A program made the translations under genes and the position numbers. From Mobula hypostoma (Eukaryota), in assembly GCF_963921235.1 (NCBI RefSeq), contig NC_086097.1, forward strand, positions 181,476,001 through 181,540,000: a DNA stretch of 64,000 bases, read 5' to 3'. Every line of letters starts with the position of its first letter. Position 1 is the stretch's first letter. This document shows, one piece after another, positions 37,959 through 50,721 of the stretch. The notes below the pieces were generated by a model. It ran no database searches and was not told the origin of the DNA. It worked only from the letters and a program-made list of their open reading frames with translations.

Positions 37959-40483
37959 GTAAAATCCACAGATTCATATCCCTGCATATCTGGAACTGGA
38001 AGTGACAAACCCTAAACCAAGAGCATAAACTAATCAGCCCTGCATACAGGCCATTGAGTAATAATCCTCATACTCAGTCCGGGGAGCAATAATTGCTCCA
38101 TACCCAGCTGGCAAAGAGGCCTTTGACAAGACCTTACTGAGCAGATTGGTCCAAAAGCTAAGAGCCCAGGGATTCAGAGCAATTGGCAAAATTGCTGGAA
38201 TAATATGAAGCAAAGTTTGATGTTGAGGGATTGCTTTTGCTTTTGGAACTCTGTGACCAGTGGGGTACCAAAGGGACCCTTGCTGTTTGTCATATCGATT
38301 AATGATTTGGCTGTGAATGTAGGAGATATAGTTAGTACGTTTGCAGATCACAAGGTGGTGTGTGGATAGTGAGGAAGATGGTCAAGGATTACCTGAGCAG
38401 TGACAGATGGAATTTAATACTGATAAATGTGCGGTGGTGCATAGCGCAGAAGTGAGCCCCATCAATTTACCAGTAGCCCATTCTGGGAGGAGCGAGAAAG
38501 TTAGGTCACATGCAGTATGTGATAGGATCCTAGGTAGTACTGAGCCAGAGAAAAACTTCATTTGTCAAGCAGAAAACAGGGAGATCAAAGTGCAGTTTTA
38601 TCATACACTGGTAAGGCCACAGCTGGAACACTGCACTTCTGCAGATCATATATGGAGTCCAGGAGAAGGGGCTCAACCTGAAATGTCAGCTGTCCATTTC
38701 TTTCTGTAGGTGAGTTCCTCCAGCATATTTTGTGTTGCTCTGAGGAAACCATTTTGTCACCCAGAGGTGTCTAGAATCTGGAACACACTGCTTGGGGTGT
38801 GGTGGAAACAGAGACTCTCAGAACATTGAAGAAGCAACTACATATGCACTTGAATTGTCAAGGCCAAACAGGCTATTGAGCAGGTTTTAAAAAATGTGGT
38901 AGTGTAGAGGGTCACCATGGTTGTTATGGGCGGAAAGGCCTGTCTCGGTGCTAATGATTCATGGAGTATGGCTCTATAACTGTAAGGTGAATGTCATTAG
39001 AGTAATGGATACCAGCACTGTCTGGTTCCCCATCCATTTTACAATCCTGTGTCAGATAAGGTAAGTATGTGCATGTATGAGGCATGGTGAGCATGTATAA
39101 GCAAGGCAGTGTGAATGGGCATGGAGGAGAAGGGGAGCATAAGTAGACTGACAGGCAAATGCATGCTTACTAAAGGTACATGATGGAGCGTATTCATGCA
39201 AGCAAGCAGAGGTGAGATTGTGAGGCTGAATTGGGATGTGTGTACATCTGTGGGGATGGGGAGTGTGTCACATCTGATTGAGGCTAGGACATGGATTGTT
39301 GATCTGTTTTTCCATTCAGTCAACTGACCAGCTGGTGAGTTAGCTCCTGCTCCCTGCTCTTGCCATTAATATTTCTCATCAACAGATGTCCCTGACTGAT
39401 GCATAACTGTCCTGGCTTCATCTGCTGTTTACTGAGAGAACTGCAGCATCTTCTGCCTATAGAATGGTTCCAAACTTCCGTCCTGGAAGTCCAGATCTGA
39501 CTTGATTTCTCTCTATATCTGCCATATTAGTACTGACTAATAGCATAAAAACTTGGATAAAGTCACTCGTTAGTGCAGCATAATCACTGTGAACTCTGTA
39601 TTTAATTTACTGATTGAAAACCTTCACTTCACTTCCACTAAGTTGTATTCCTAAGGTGAGAAGCTGGAACTGATGTCACTGCTCCAGGTGTGGTTTAATT
39701 AAGGCTTTGTATAGCTGTAATATAATTTCCATCAATTTGTGCTCTAGTGTGGCAGATGTAAATGGTGCTGTTTTATCGACCTTTTGATTATTTGGATAAT
39801 CTATGTACTGTATTTACTCAGCTGGACTACTCTGACAACAGCCCCTCCCCACTTCTACAATCTATACAATCAAAGACAAATGTGATGGGGGAATATCACC
39901 ACTTGTACATTCCCCTCGAGGTCACACACTATCCTTACCTGGAAATATATTTCCGGTCCTTCATTGCTGGGTCTAAATTCTGGAAGTCCCTCCCCAACAA
40001 AACACTGGTCATGGACACCTCAATGTTCCATCCTGGTGAATCTCCTGTGCATCCTCACACCACAATCATGTTCTTCTGATAGTGTGGTGACCTGAATTAC
40101 TTCAGCTGTTTTAAAAGGTTGTGCCATAACTTCCTGCTGTTGTATCTTTGTCCTAGCTAATAATAAAGATGTATCCATGTGCTTTCTTCACCATCCTATT
40201 CGTCTGTACTGTGAAATATCCTTTGGGATGTTTGGAATTGTACACCAACTGCCTCTGTCCTTAAAAAGCCCCTGGATCCCGAGCATTTGTTGTGTACATC
40301 TTAACCTTTTTAATCCTCCCAAAATATATCATGTAATATTTTTCAGGGTTTATTTAAATCTTCCACTTCACTGCCCATCCCACCAACACAATAATGTAGC
40401 TCTGAAGATCAGCAGTCAGTATAATTGGGTGGTGTTGATATTCCATTCTGACTCTGAAAACCTTTCCACTTGTGTTCTTGCAG

Positions 40484-40702
40484 ATTTTCAAGGACCATCC
40501 TCTCCGCAGTTGCACGAACGGTACCCAGAACATGACCGTTCTATCTCTCACCTACCCAAACACCAACGATACAAACCAAAGCAGCACGAAACGGATAGGG
40601 GAGCCAAACACATCACTGCTCTCCCTCGTCCTGATGGCAGGCACCTTCTTTATCGCCTTTTTCTTACGCAAGTTTAAAAACAGCCGTTTCTTCCCCGGGA
40701 GA
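40484..40702 (+). CDS. slc4a2: slc4a2 exon L (glycosylated extracellular loop and TM6)
   Basis: ttgcag acceptor; IFKDHPL...[34 protein letters not shown]; donor AGA|gtaagt. Confidence 0.97.
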
Positions 40703-43558
40703 GTAAGTGTCACTGGTGAGGGCCTGAGAGTCATTCTTCACTTTCTCAGTTGTCTTTGTTTTTCTTTAAACAGATTGTCCGGTCCATCTTAGAATCAGGA
40801 GGAGCCATTCCATCCCTGTTTCTAAGAAAGCTGTGCTTATGTTTAGTGAGATAGAACTGATCCTTTTGCCACCCTTAGATTCATACTATTACTCACAAGG
40901 CTTTCTGATCTGACTGTTTAACTGCTGAGTGGATCTGCTGATTTTTCTCAACCTGTGTAAGGAGATGCTTCCTAATATGTCCCAACAGCCTGGTTCAAAC
41001 TAAGTTTTGTTCTATACTCACTTATCACAGAAAACAACTTTTATCCATCCATTGGCATCATTTACACCAGTGATTACATAGAACAAATGAAATCGGCAAT
41101 CGCCTCTGATCTGGGCCAATATTTACGTGCCGGGCGGCACCTAATTAATTAGTTTGTTTATTTCGGCTTTTTTCTTAAAGATGTGCTGGGTGCCTCCCGG
41201 CTACCACTGCACCACTGCATGCTTCGCAGCCCAGAGGTTGGGGACCATTGATTTAGATTTAGAGTCATATAACATAGAAACAGGCTCTTTGGCCTAACTT
41301 GACTTTGCCAAGCTAGTCCCATTTGTCTGCATTTTCCCATATCCCTCTAAACCTTTCCAATCCATATGCTGTACCTGTCCAACTGTCTTTTAAATATTAT
41401 AATTTTATCAGCCTTTACCACTTCTTCTAACAGCTCGTTTCATATACTGACCACCCTCTGCAGGAAGAAGTTGTTCCTCATAATCACATAATGATTTAAT
41501 CTTAAGGATTGCTTAATTTATGCTGTGCACACTGCCCTTGTGAGTTAATCCTTGTACACTATGTTGATTTTTTGCTGCCCACCTCTTAAAGTAATATGTA
41601 CTGTATTCAAGATTGGTGATAAAGGGAGAGGTGGAAACGTTTTGGGAATGACAAACAGACTCTTGGTTAAGTGAGTGCAAGGGAGCAGGTAAGGTCCTTT
41701 ATGTAAGGTTATCCTTTTGGTAGAAAGAATTAACAAGAAATACAGATGTCGTACATTGTTGATGGACGGTGTAATAATATTAAAAGTAAGATGTGAGTTT
41801 TCTTGTGCAGGTACAAGTAATTTTATGATATTGGGCTTTATTGCAACTAGGATGAAAAACAAGACAGGAGAGCTTGCCACAACCTCGCAAGGTTTTGCAA
41901 ACCCATTTCTAGAATACTCTGTAGGGGCTTGATCTCCATATTTAAGAAAGGGCATGTTTGGTTTGGAAGTAGTGCTGCAGAGAGAAGAATATGCCCCAGG
42001 ATCTTGAAACACAAGAGATTATTTCCCTGCAGTACCATATTCTGAGAGTGGCTGCTGGGAGGATGGTTTGTCTGCCAGACAAGTTCAGTATTGTCTCAGA
42101 GTAAAGACTTGCCTTTTTCAGACTGAGCAAAAGGAATCTGTTCTCTGAAGATTATGAAGATCCAAATCATTAATAGATTTAGGCTGAGGTAAATAAAAAA
42201 AATAGGAGAATAAAGATTGTGAGTTTTGCAGGGAAGTAGAGTTGAAGACAAAGTTTAGACTGGCCATGATCTAATTGGATGTCTTGACAGACTCAAGGAG
42301 CCATCAGTTACCACTCTGTTTCTTGTGTTGTATTGAGATAGCAAGATATCCACAAAGTGTTGATACCAGTCTTTATTTCTGATTAAATGTTGGGAGGTAC
42401 CAGATAGCTATTAAAATTCAGATCACCCAAGGACAGCAGCCAAGGCTTCTGTCTGAACCCTGGTTATGAGAGGCAGCAACACAGTGCAGGGTCTGGCTTT
42501 TGGACTGAGGGGTACCCACGACATCTGATGTGGATCACACCAGCCTGGGTACACTGGGACACAACTAGACATGGGGTGCTCAGTTTGTGTTTCACAAGGC
42601 CACAGGAACCCATTGCCGTTCAACCCAGACATGGGCAAAGGAGTTGACACCCAGGTGTGAAGTAAGAATAACTGACAGATGTCATGGCAGTCAGGAGCCC
42701 AGGCCAGACTGAAGTCACTGCAGTTGCAAGGAAACCCTGGGGAGGTGTGACAAGCAAGATAGGTGTTGCTGCTCACTCACTCTGCTCTAGCACATCACCA
42801 TATGAGTGCCTCAGGACAGTGTTCAAGGCCCAATCAGCTTCAGCTGTTTCACTAGTGACCTTGGTTAGGTCAGAAGTTGGTGATTTTGCGGACTGAAGCA
42901 ATCTCTTTGCAGCTGATCAGGGAGTGAAGCAGGAAATGCCTGGTTACAGTAAGAGCCATGCTGAGAAATGGCGCAGAGTAACCACCTCCCTTTGGAGACC
43001 ACTGGCCATAACAAAGCTGAGTCTCAGGTATTTATTTCCCTTGTCACCCTCAGGTCACAGTGGATCAGAAGGATTATTAGGTATTCTGGGATGTGTAATC
43101 AACCTCCTGACACCCCAAAGCCTATCCACCATCTGCAGGCACAAGTCAGAAGTCAGGAATATAATGTAATGGTCACCACTTTTCTCAGTTGGAGCTCCAT
43201 GAAAGTAGCAACACAAGTGAAGGAGGTGGTAAATAAGGCATACAGAATGCTTGTTTTCATTAATTGGGTACTGAGTATAAAGGTTGGCAAGATATGTTGC
43301 AGGTGTATGAAATTCTGGCTCGGCTGCAGTTGGCTTATTGTTTGGTCCCCTTCAGTAGAAGGGTGTAAAGGGTGCAGGAGAGGTTCACCAGGATGCTGCC
43401 TGGACTACAGAGCATGAGATGTATGGGGATATTGGAGAAACTTTGGTTGTTTTCTCTAGAATGTTGGAGGCTGAGGAGAGACCTGATAGAGATTTATAAA
43501 ATTATGTGAAGCATTGATATGGTAGACAGTCTTTTTCCCAAGGTGGTAATGTCAAATA

Positions 43559-45170
43559 CAGTGGTGCTAGAAAGTTTGTGAACCCTGTAGAGTTTTCGCT
43601 ATTTCTGCATACATATGATCTAAAATATGATCAGATCTTCACATAAGTCCTAAAACTAGATAAAGAGAACCCAATTAAATAAATAACATGACAAACATTA
43701 TACTTGTTCATTTACTTATTGAGAAAAATTATATGTATTTGTTGGAAAAAGTATGTGAATCTCTGGGGTAATGCATTCTACAAAAGCTTTTTGGAGTCAG
43801 CTGTTCTAGTCAATGAGATGAGGTTGGAGACGAGGGTTGTAGAAGTGCCCTGCCCTCTAAAAAAAAAACAAAAATACACAATGTCAGGTTACTAACAGAG
43901 CCTGCTCTTCTCGAGAAAAATCTGTTTATGTGCACCAAGCCTCGATCAAATCAACTTTCAGAGGACCTTAGAAGAAGAATTGTAGAGTGCATCAAGCTGG
44001 AAAAGGCTACAAAAGCATTTCTAAGGACCTGAGTGTTCATCAGTCTGCAGTAAGAGAAATTGTCCACAAATAGAAGAAAGTTAGTACTGTTGCTACTCTA
44101 CCTAGGAGTGGGCATCCTGCAAAGATCACACCAAGAGCACAATGTGCAATGCTGAAGGAAGTGAAAAAGAACCCAAGAGTAACAGCAAAAGTCCTGCAGA
44201 AATCTCTAGAACTCACTAAAGTCTCTCTTCATGCATCCGCTATAAGAAAAACACTGAACAAGAATTGCGATCATGGAAGGACACCACAGAGGAAACCACT
44301 GCTCTCCAAAAAAAACATTGCTGCACATCTCAAATTTGCAAAAGACCACCTGGATATTGTACAGTGCTTCTAAGACAATGTTCTGTGGACAGATGAGGCA
44401 GAAGTTGAACTTTTTGGCAGAAATGCACATCGCTGTTTTTGGAAGAAAAAGGGGACTGCAAACCAACTTCAAAACTTCATTCCAACTGTGAAGCATGGTG
44501 GAAGGAAGCATTATGGTTTGGAGCTGTTTTGCAGGGCCTGCACAGCTTGCAATCGTTGAGGGAACACTGAATTCAAAATTGTGTCAAGACATTTTACAGG
44601 AGAATGTCAGGGTAGCAGTCCGTCACCTGAAGCGTAATAGAAGTTGGATAATGAAACAAGACAATGATCCAAAAGATGAGTAAATCAACAAAAGAATGGA
44701 TTAAAAAGAAGAAAATTCGTGTTTTGGAATGACCGAGTCAAAATCCTGATCTTAATCCTATAGAAATGCTGTAGAAGAACCTGAAGCAAGCAGATCATGC
44801 AATGAAGCCCACCAACATCCCAGAGATGAAGCAGTTTTGTAAGGACAAATAGCCTAAAATTCCTCCAACCCAATGTACAGGACTGATCAACGATTATCAG
44901 AAATGTTTGGTTGAAGGTATTGCTGTACAAGAGGGTCACAGCAGTTACTGAAAGCAAAGGTTCACATACTTTTTCCAACAAATTTATGTAATATTGGATC
45001 ATTTTTCTCAATAAATAAATGAACAAGTCTAATGTTTTTGTGTTGTTTATTTAATTAGGTTCTCCTTACCTAATTTTAGGACTTGCATGAAGATCTGATC
45101 ACATTTTAGGTCATATTTATACAGAAACAACAAAAATTCTATAGAGTTCACAAACTTTCTAGCAGCACTG
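43559..45170 (+). mobile_element. Full-length (1612 bp) inactive Tc1-family DNA transposon with ~210 bp IR/DR-type TIRs
   Basis: TA|CAGTGGTGCTAGAAAGTTTGTGAAC...GTTCACAAACTTTCTAGCAGCACTG|TA; transposase remnants GKGYKSISK, KKNPRVT, WTDE, QDND, PDLNPIEM with stops and frameshifts; inserted in a CR1 fragment. Confidence 0.95.
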
Positions 45171-45901
45171 TAGTAAAGGCCTTAAGGTGAAAGAGAGAAA
45201 GTCTAAGGAAAATTGACAGGGCAAGTTTTGTTTTAGACTGGGGGTCTCTTTTTCCATAGATGTTGCCTGGCCTGCTGAGTTCCTCCAGCATTTTGTGTGT
45301 GCTTGGATTTCCAGCATCTGCAGATTTTCTCTTGTTTGTGAAGGACCAGCTGACTGCTCTTGCACTCACAGTTAATGGTTTAAGGAGCTGAAGAGCCTCA
45401 CAGGGGCTGAAACAAAAAAAAAATTGGTAATTGGTGTTTGGTTTATTATTGTCACATATACTGGGGTACGGTGAAAACAATTTGTTTGCATGCCATCCAG
45501 ACAGATCATTTCATCACATTGGTGCATTGAGGTCCTACAAGGAAAAACAGTAAGAGTGCAGAATAAAGTGTTACAGTTACAGAGAAAGTGCAGTGCAGGT
45601 AGACAATAAGCTAGGTTGTGAGGTCAAGTGTTTATCTTCATTGTGTAAGAGGATTATTTAATAGCTTTACAACAATGAGATAAAAACTGTCCTTGAACCT
45701 GGCAGTTTTAAAGTTTTCTGTAACTTCTGCCCAATGGGAAAGGGGAGAAGAGAGAATGTCTAGCTTGGTTGAGGTCTTTGATTATGCCGGCTGCTTTCCC
45801 AAGGCAGCATGGTGTAGATGGGTCCATGAAGGGATAGGCTAGTTTCTGAGCTGTATGGGACTGTGTTAACAAATATCCAAAGGTGATCAACTTTGTTGCA
45901 G

Positions 45902-45991
45902 GTACGACGCGTGATTGGGGATTTTGGTGTTCCTATAGCAATCCTCATCATGGTCTTGGTCGACTACTCCATCCAGGAGACCTACACCCAG
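45902..45991 (+). CDS. slc4a2: slc4a2 exon M ([32 protein letters not shown]7)
   Basis: ttgcag acceptor; donor CAG|gtgaga; 90 nt, phase 0-0. Confidence 0.97.
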
Positions 45992-46404
45992 GTGAGAGAA
46001 CAGCTGGATGTTTTACCCTTGCTGTGTTACTGTTTATTTCCACTGTTGTCGGCATCAGCTCCTCCACATTCACCCAACTCCCTTCGCAATAACGAGGATG
46101 CAAAATTCTGTCAGGGGATCTAGGTGTGCCAGAAGGTGGTTGATGGAGTCAATGTCACAGACTCATACACCACAGAACAGGCCCTCAGCCCATCATGGCC
46201 ATGTTGATCTTCAAGTACCCATCTTTACTAATCCCATTCACCACCACATAGTGTATGCTTTGGTCATTCGAGGGCTTGATACTTTAAGAGTTTTTGCATT
46301 CAAGATTCTAGGCCCTCTGTGTGTGGAAAAAGCTCTCCCTCGTATCCCATCTAAATCTCTTACTCCTTCACATAAACCTACACCCTCCAGTTTTAAATAC
46401 CTCA

Positions 46405-46820
46405 GCCCGAGTGAAAAAACTTCCCCCTGACATCTCCTCTGACCCTGCTTCCAAGCACCTTAAAACTACGCCCTCTTGTGCTAGCCATTTCAGCCCTGGG
46501 GAACAGCCTCTGACTATCCACATGATCAATGCCTCTCATTATCTTGTACACCTCTATCAAGTCACCTCTCATCCTCAGTCGCTCCAAGGAGAAAAGGCCA
46601 AGTTCACTCAACCCTTTCTCATAAGGCATGCTCCCCAATCCAGGCAACATCCTTGTAAATCTCCTCTGCACCCTTTCTATGGTTTCCACATCCTTCCTAT
46701 AGTGAGACAATCAGAACTGAGCACAGTACTCCAAGTGGGGTCTGACCAGGATCCTATATAGCTGCAACATTACCTCTCGGCTCTTAAACTTAATCCCACG
46801 ATTGATGAAGGCCAGTGCAC
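46405..46820 (-). mobile_element. Relatively young CR1 3' fragment
   Basis: ORF RKDVETIERVQRRFTRMLPG...RGDLIEVYKIMRG..LFPR. Confidence 0.88.
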
Positions 46821-47170
46821 CTATAGATGGCCATTAATCTGGGGCATTTAGAGATGGGCAGGAAATACTAGTCTGGCTAGTAACACTAAGACCTTGAGAA
46901 ATGAATATGCAAAAGAAGCTGAAGCTACAGCCTTGGGTCACATGCAGCCTGTCCTCCACAGGGATCCAGCAGCCAGAATACAATCATTCACCCCTTTACT
47001 GTTCCTATCTTACCCATGCTGATACAGCCTTGTGTGTACAGGATATATGTACAGCTTTACCCTGAGTCCAGCTACATTTGGCCTTTTTGTTCTGATGGTT
47101 GTAATCAGGCTGTCACTTCTGACTGTAGAGCTGCTATTTAACTCTCAATTGTTTTGTCTCTTTCCTTCAG

Positions 47171-47337
47171 AAACTGAGTGTTCCCACTGGTCTGTCTGTC
47201 ACTTCTCCAACAAAACGTGGTTGGTTTATTAATCCTCTGGGGAAGAACGGTAATTTCCCCATCTGGATGATGTTTGCCAGCGTGATTCCTGCTATCCTAG
47301 TTTTCATCCTCATCTTCATGGAGACCATGATCACTAC
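47171..47337 (+). CDS. slc4a2: slc4a2 exon N ([24 protein letters not shown]...[10 protein letters not shown]8); not in the ORF track
   Basis: ccttcag acceptor; RGWFINPLG motif; donor AC|gtgagt, phase 2. Confidence 0.96.
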
Positions 47338-48607
47338 GTGAGTCCCTTGTGGTAGAGAATTACTGCTGAGACACAATAGGATTTTCTGGGCAGCAGTCAC
47401 TGGATGGGTGTGGGCTCCAGATGACAGAAAGAGGAAAGAGGTCCCTTATCTCATCCGCATGAGTTCAGGGAGAGAGTGGGGAATATATGATGGGATTTGG
47501 GGTCTCGTGTGGATGTTCTGACCATCGTACTCCTCTGATCCCAAAGCTGACCACATTGGTCAGTGGTGCCTTGGGGAGCTCTGAAGCTTCATTCATCGAC
47601 CTGACATTCGGTTCAAGGCCAACTTGGGTTGGACAATAACGGCCAGCAATTGAAGAACAAACTGAAAGTGGAGATCACACCCCTCATTTGGGTTGAGTTG
47701 CATATTTAAACAGGATAGAATTTGGTGTAGGGCATAGTCATTGTCTGATGGTCACAGCTGGACTGTCCAGTCAGTCACTCAATCAATCAGTGTGTGCGTA
47801 GCCAGTGGTTTCCAGTTTGAAATTCACCCAGCAGGATAGAGAGGCTGTTTTATTATTGTCACATGTACTGGGATACAATGAAAACTTTTGATTGAATGCC
47901 ATCCAGTCAAATCGTTCCATATACAGTATAAGTACATTGAGGTTGTACAAAGGAAACCAGAATGCAAAATATTAGAGAGAAAGTACAGTGCAGATAGATG
48001 GTAAAGTGCGAGGGCAACCACAAAGTAGATTGAAAGATTAACATTTTATGGTGGGAAAGTTCTTCACTCAGAGGGTCATGAGAGTGTGGAACTAACTGCC
48101 AGCCAAGTGGTGCATGTGAGCTTGATTTCAATGTTTAAGGGAAGTTTGGATAGGTACATGGATAGTTAGGGTATGAATGGCTGTGGTCCTGGTCTGTGTT
48201 TGAATGGTATGGACTAGATGTCCCTGTTTCCATATTGTAGTTTTTCTATGACTTATCTTTTAGTGGATGAGAGGTCCATTCAAAAGTCCTACAACAGTGG
48301 GGGGAAAAGCTGTCTTAGAGCCTGGTGGTACACGCTTTCAGGCTTTTGTATATTTTGCTTGATGGAAGGGGGAGAAGAGAGAATATCCAGAATGGGGTCT
48401 GAGATTATACCAGCTGCTTTACTGAGGCAGTGAGAAGTATGGATGGAGTCCATGGAGGGGAGGCTGGCACCTGTGCTATGCTGAGGTAGTCTTGGATTGC
48501 TGGTGCAGTGGAGGGTGGGTGGTTTTCCATGGTGGTTTGATGGGGAGGCTCGATGAAACAGTCAATGGTGAGTTTGTTCCAGTGACCAGGTAGATTGTCT
48601 CCTGCAG

Positions 48608-48861
48608 ACTAATCATCAGCAAGAAGGAGAGGATGTTAATCAAAGGAACGGGATTCCACCTGGACCTTCTGATCATCGTAGCATCAGGAGGGGTAGCAGC
48701 TTTGTTTGGATTGCCCTGGCTCGCTGCAGCCACTGTCAGAACGGTCACCCACGTCAATGCACTCACCGTGATGAGCAAATCTGTGGCACCAGGTGACAAG
48801 CCCAAAATCGAAGAGGTCAAGGAACAGAGGGTGACGGGGCTGGTAGTGGCTGTCCTGGTGG
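48608..48861 (+). CDS. slc4a2: slc4a2 exon O ([20 protein letters not shown]...[13 protein letters not shown]...[11 protein letters not shown]9-11)
   Basis: cctgcag acceptor; conserved TM10 arginine (TVR); donor G|gtaagt. Confidence 0.97.
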
Positions 48862-50721
48862 GTAAGTGGTCACTCTCCCTTACTGGCTCCAACACTACAG
48901 CAGCTCTCTTGTCATACTACAGTAGTTTTCTCACCAGTTCCCTCATCTGATTGTCTGTTTTTCCATCACCAACATAAACAAAATGCCCTCAGTGTGGAAG
49001 GATGGTAATCAGGGATCGGATCTGTAACCCTTCAATTTCATACAGTGCAGGAGGCCCTTCAGCCCATCGTTTGTGTGCTAGCTCATTGAAAGTTCAATAA
49101 ACAATCCCACTCTCCCTCTCTTCCCCACAACTCAAGACCTTTTTTCTTTCAATCCACTTCTCCTTTGAATCTGCCCTTCAAGGGATCTTTATAAATGCAG
49201 CTACTCTTGCCTTCCATTCCTCCTCCTCCCCTCCCCCCTTACTTTCTCCCTCTATTTCCTCCAGTCCTTTTTTCCCTCTCCTTTACTTCTCTTTCATTAG
49301 AATCTTTTGTTTGTTCATATGTGTTTCTGACATCAGTGCTGAGCAATATGAATAAGGAAGGAATAACCAGACAAAAATGGGCAGAGTCCATGTTGGTCTA
49401 TGAAATGGAGATCATACTTGAGGCTGTAACTTGTGGAATGGAAAATTACAAGCCATCGCTGACAATGAATTCTGCTGATTCACCACCCTCTGGCTAAAGA
49501 AATTCCTCCTCGTCTCTGTTCTAAAGAGATGTCCTCCTAATCCGAGGCTGTGACACCAAGTTGTGGTGAACTAATCAAATGCCCAAATAAATTAGTCCCT
49601 TCTGCACATTCATGTTCCTATCTAACAGCCTGTTAAATGCCTCTGTTCCTGACAGTGTCTTCCAGGCACCCAATGTATAAAAAAGACTTGCCTTACTCAC
49701 CTTTGAACTTTCCTCTCTTACCTAAGTACATACCCTCTAGGTTTAGGTATTTCAACTATGGAAAAATGATCCTGGCTGTCTGTCTGTGCCTCTCAAAATC
49801 TTATAAACCTCTATCACATCTCCCCTCAGCCTCCACCACTCCAGAGAAAACAACCCAGGTTTGTCCAATGTCTCCTTATAGCACATGCCCTCCAATCTAG
49901 GTACTGTAGCATCCTGGTAAACCTCTTCTGCATTCGCTGCAGAGATGAATGCAATACTTCAGATTCAGATTAACCAGTGTTTTTAAGGCAGGAACATAAC
50001 TTACCAACTCTTGATCTGTGCCTTGACTTCTAAAGGCAAACATGCCATATGCCCTCTTTATCACCCTATCAACTTGTACAGCCACTTTCAGAGAAATATG
50101 GCCTTAGACACCCTGACTCATTTGTACATTAACACTATTAAGGGTCTTACCACTAGTAGCATCTTTTTCTATACATTTGATCTCCCAAAGTGCAACATTT
50201 TACACTTGACTGGATTAAACTCCACCTGCAATTTTTCTGCCCATATCTGCAAATGATCTATATCCCACAGTATCCTTTGCCAGTCTTTCCACAACACCAC
50301 CAATCTTAGTATTATCTGCAAAGAGAAGGAATAAACACGTTATTATTGGGTTGGGTTACTGCAAGAACTGCTGCTGGAGCCACAGCTAATCACATCCTGT
50401 ATTAATGATTTGGATGAGGGGGATTAGGTAATATGCATAAATTTGTTAATGTGACAAAACTGGCTGGTAGGTTTTCCTGAGCAACTTGTAGACAGATGGG
50501 CAAGGACATGACAGATGAAAATTAGAGTGAGCTCATACACATTGAATGTGAGAGATGAAAAGGAGGAGATGGCTGAACTTCACACAGGTACTGCAAGCAA
50601 TTAAATTGTCTTAATTGCTATAGGATTTAAGTGAAGAGGCATTTTACTTCAGTGAAATAGAGCCCTTCCTTAGCAGATAAGCCATCATCTTGACCAGCCC
50701 TCCATTGGGTGAACTGGGAAG

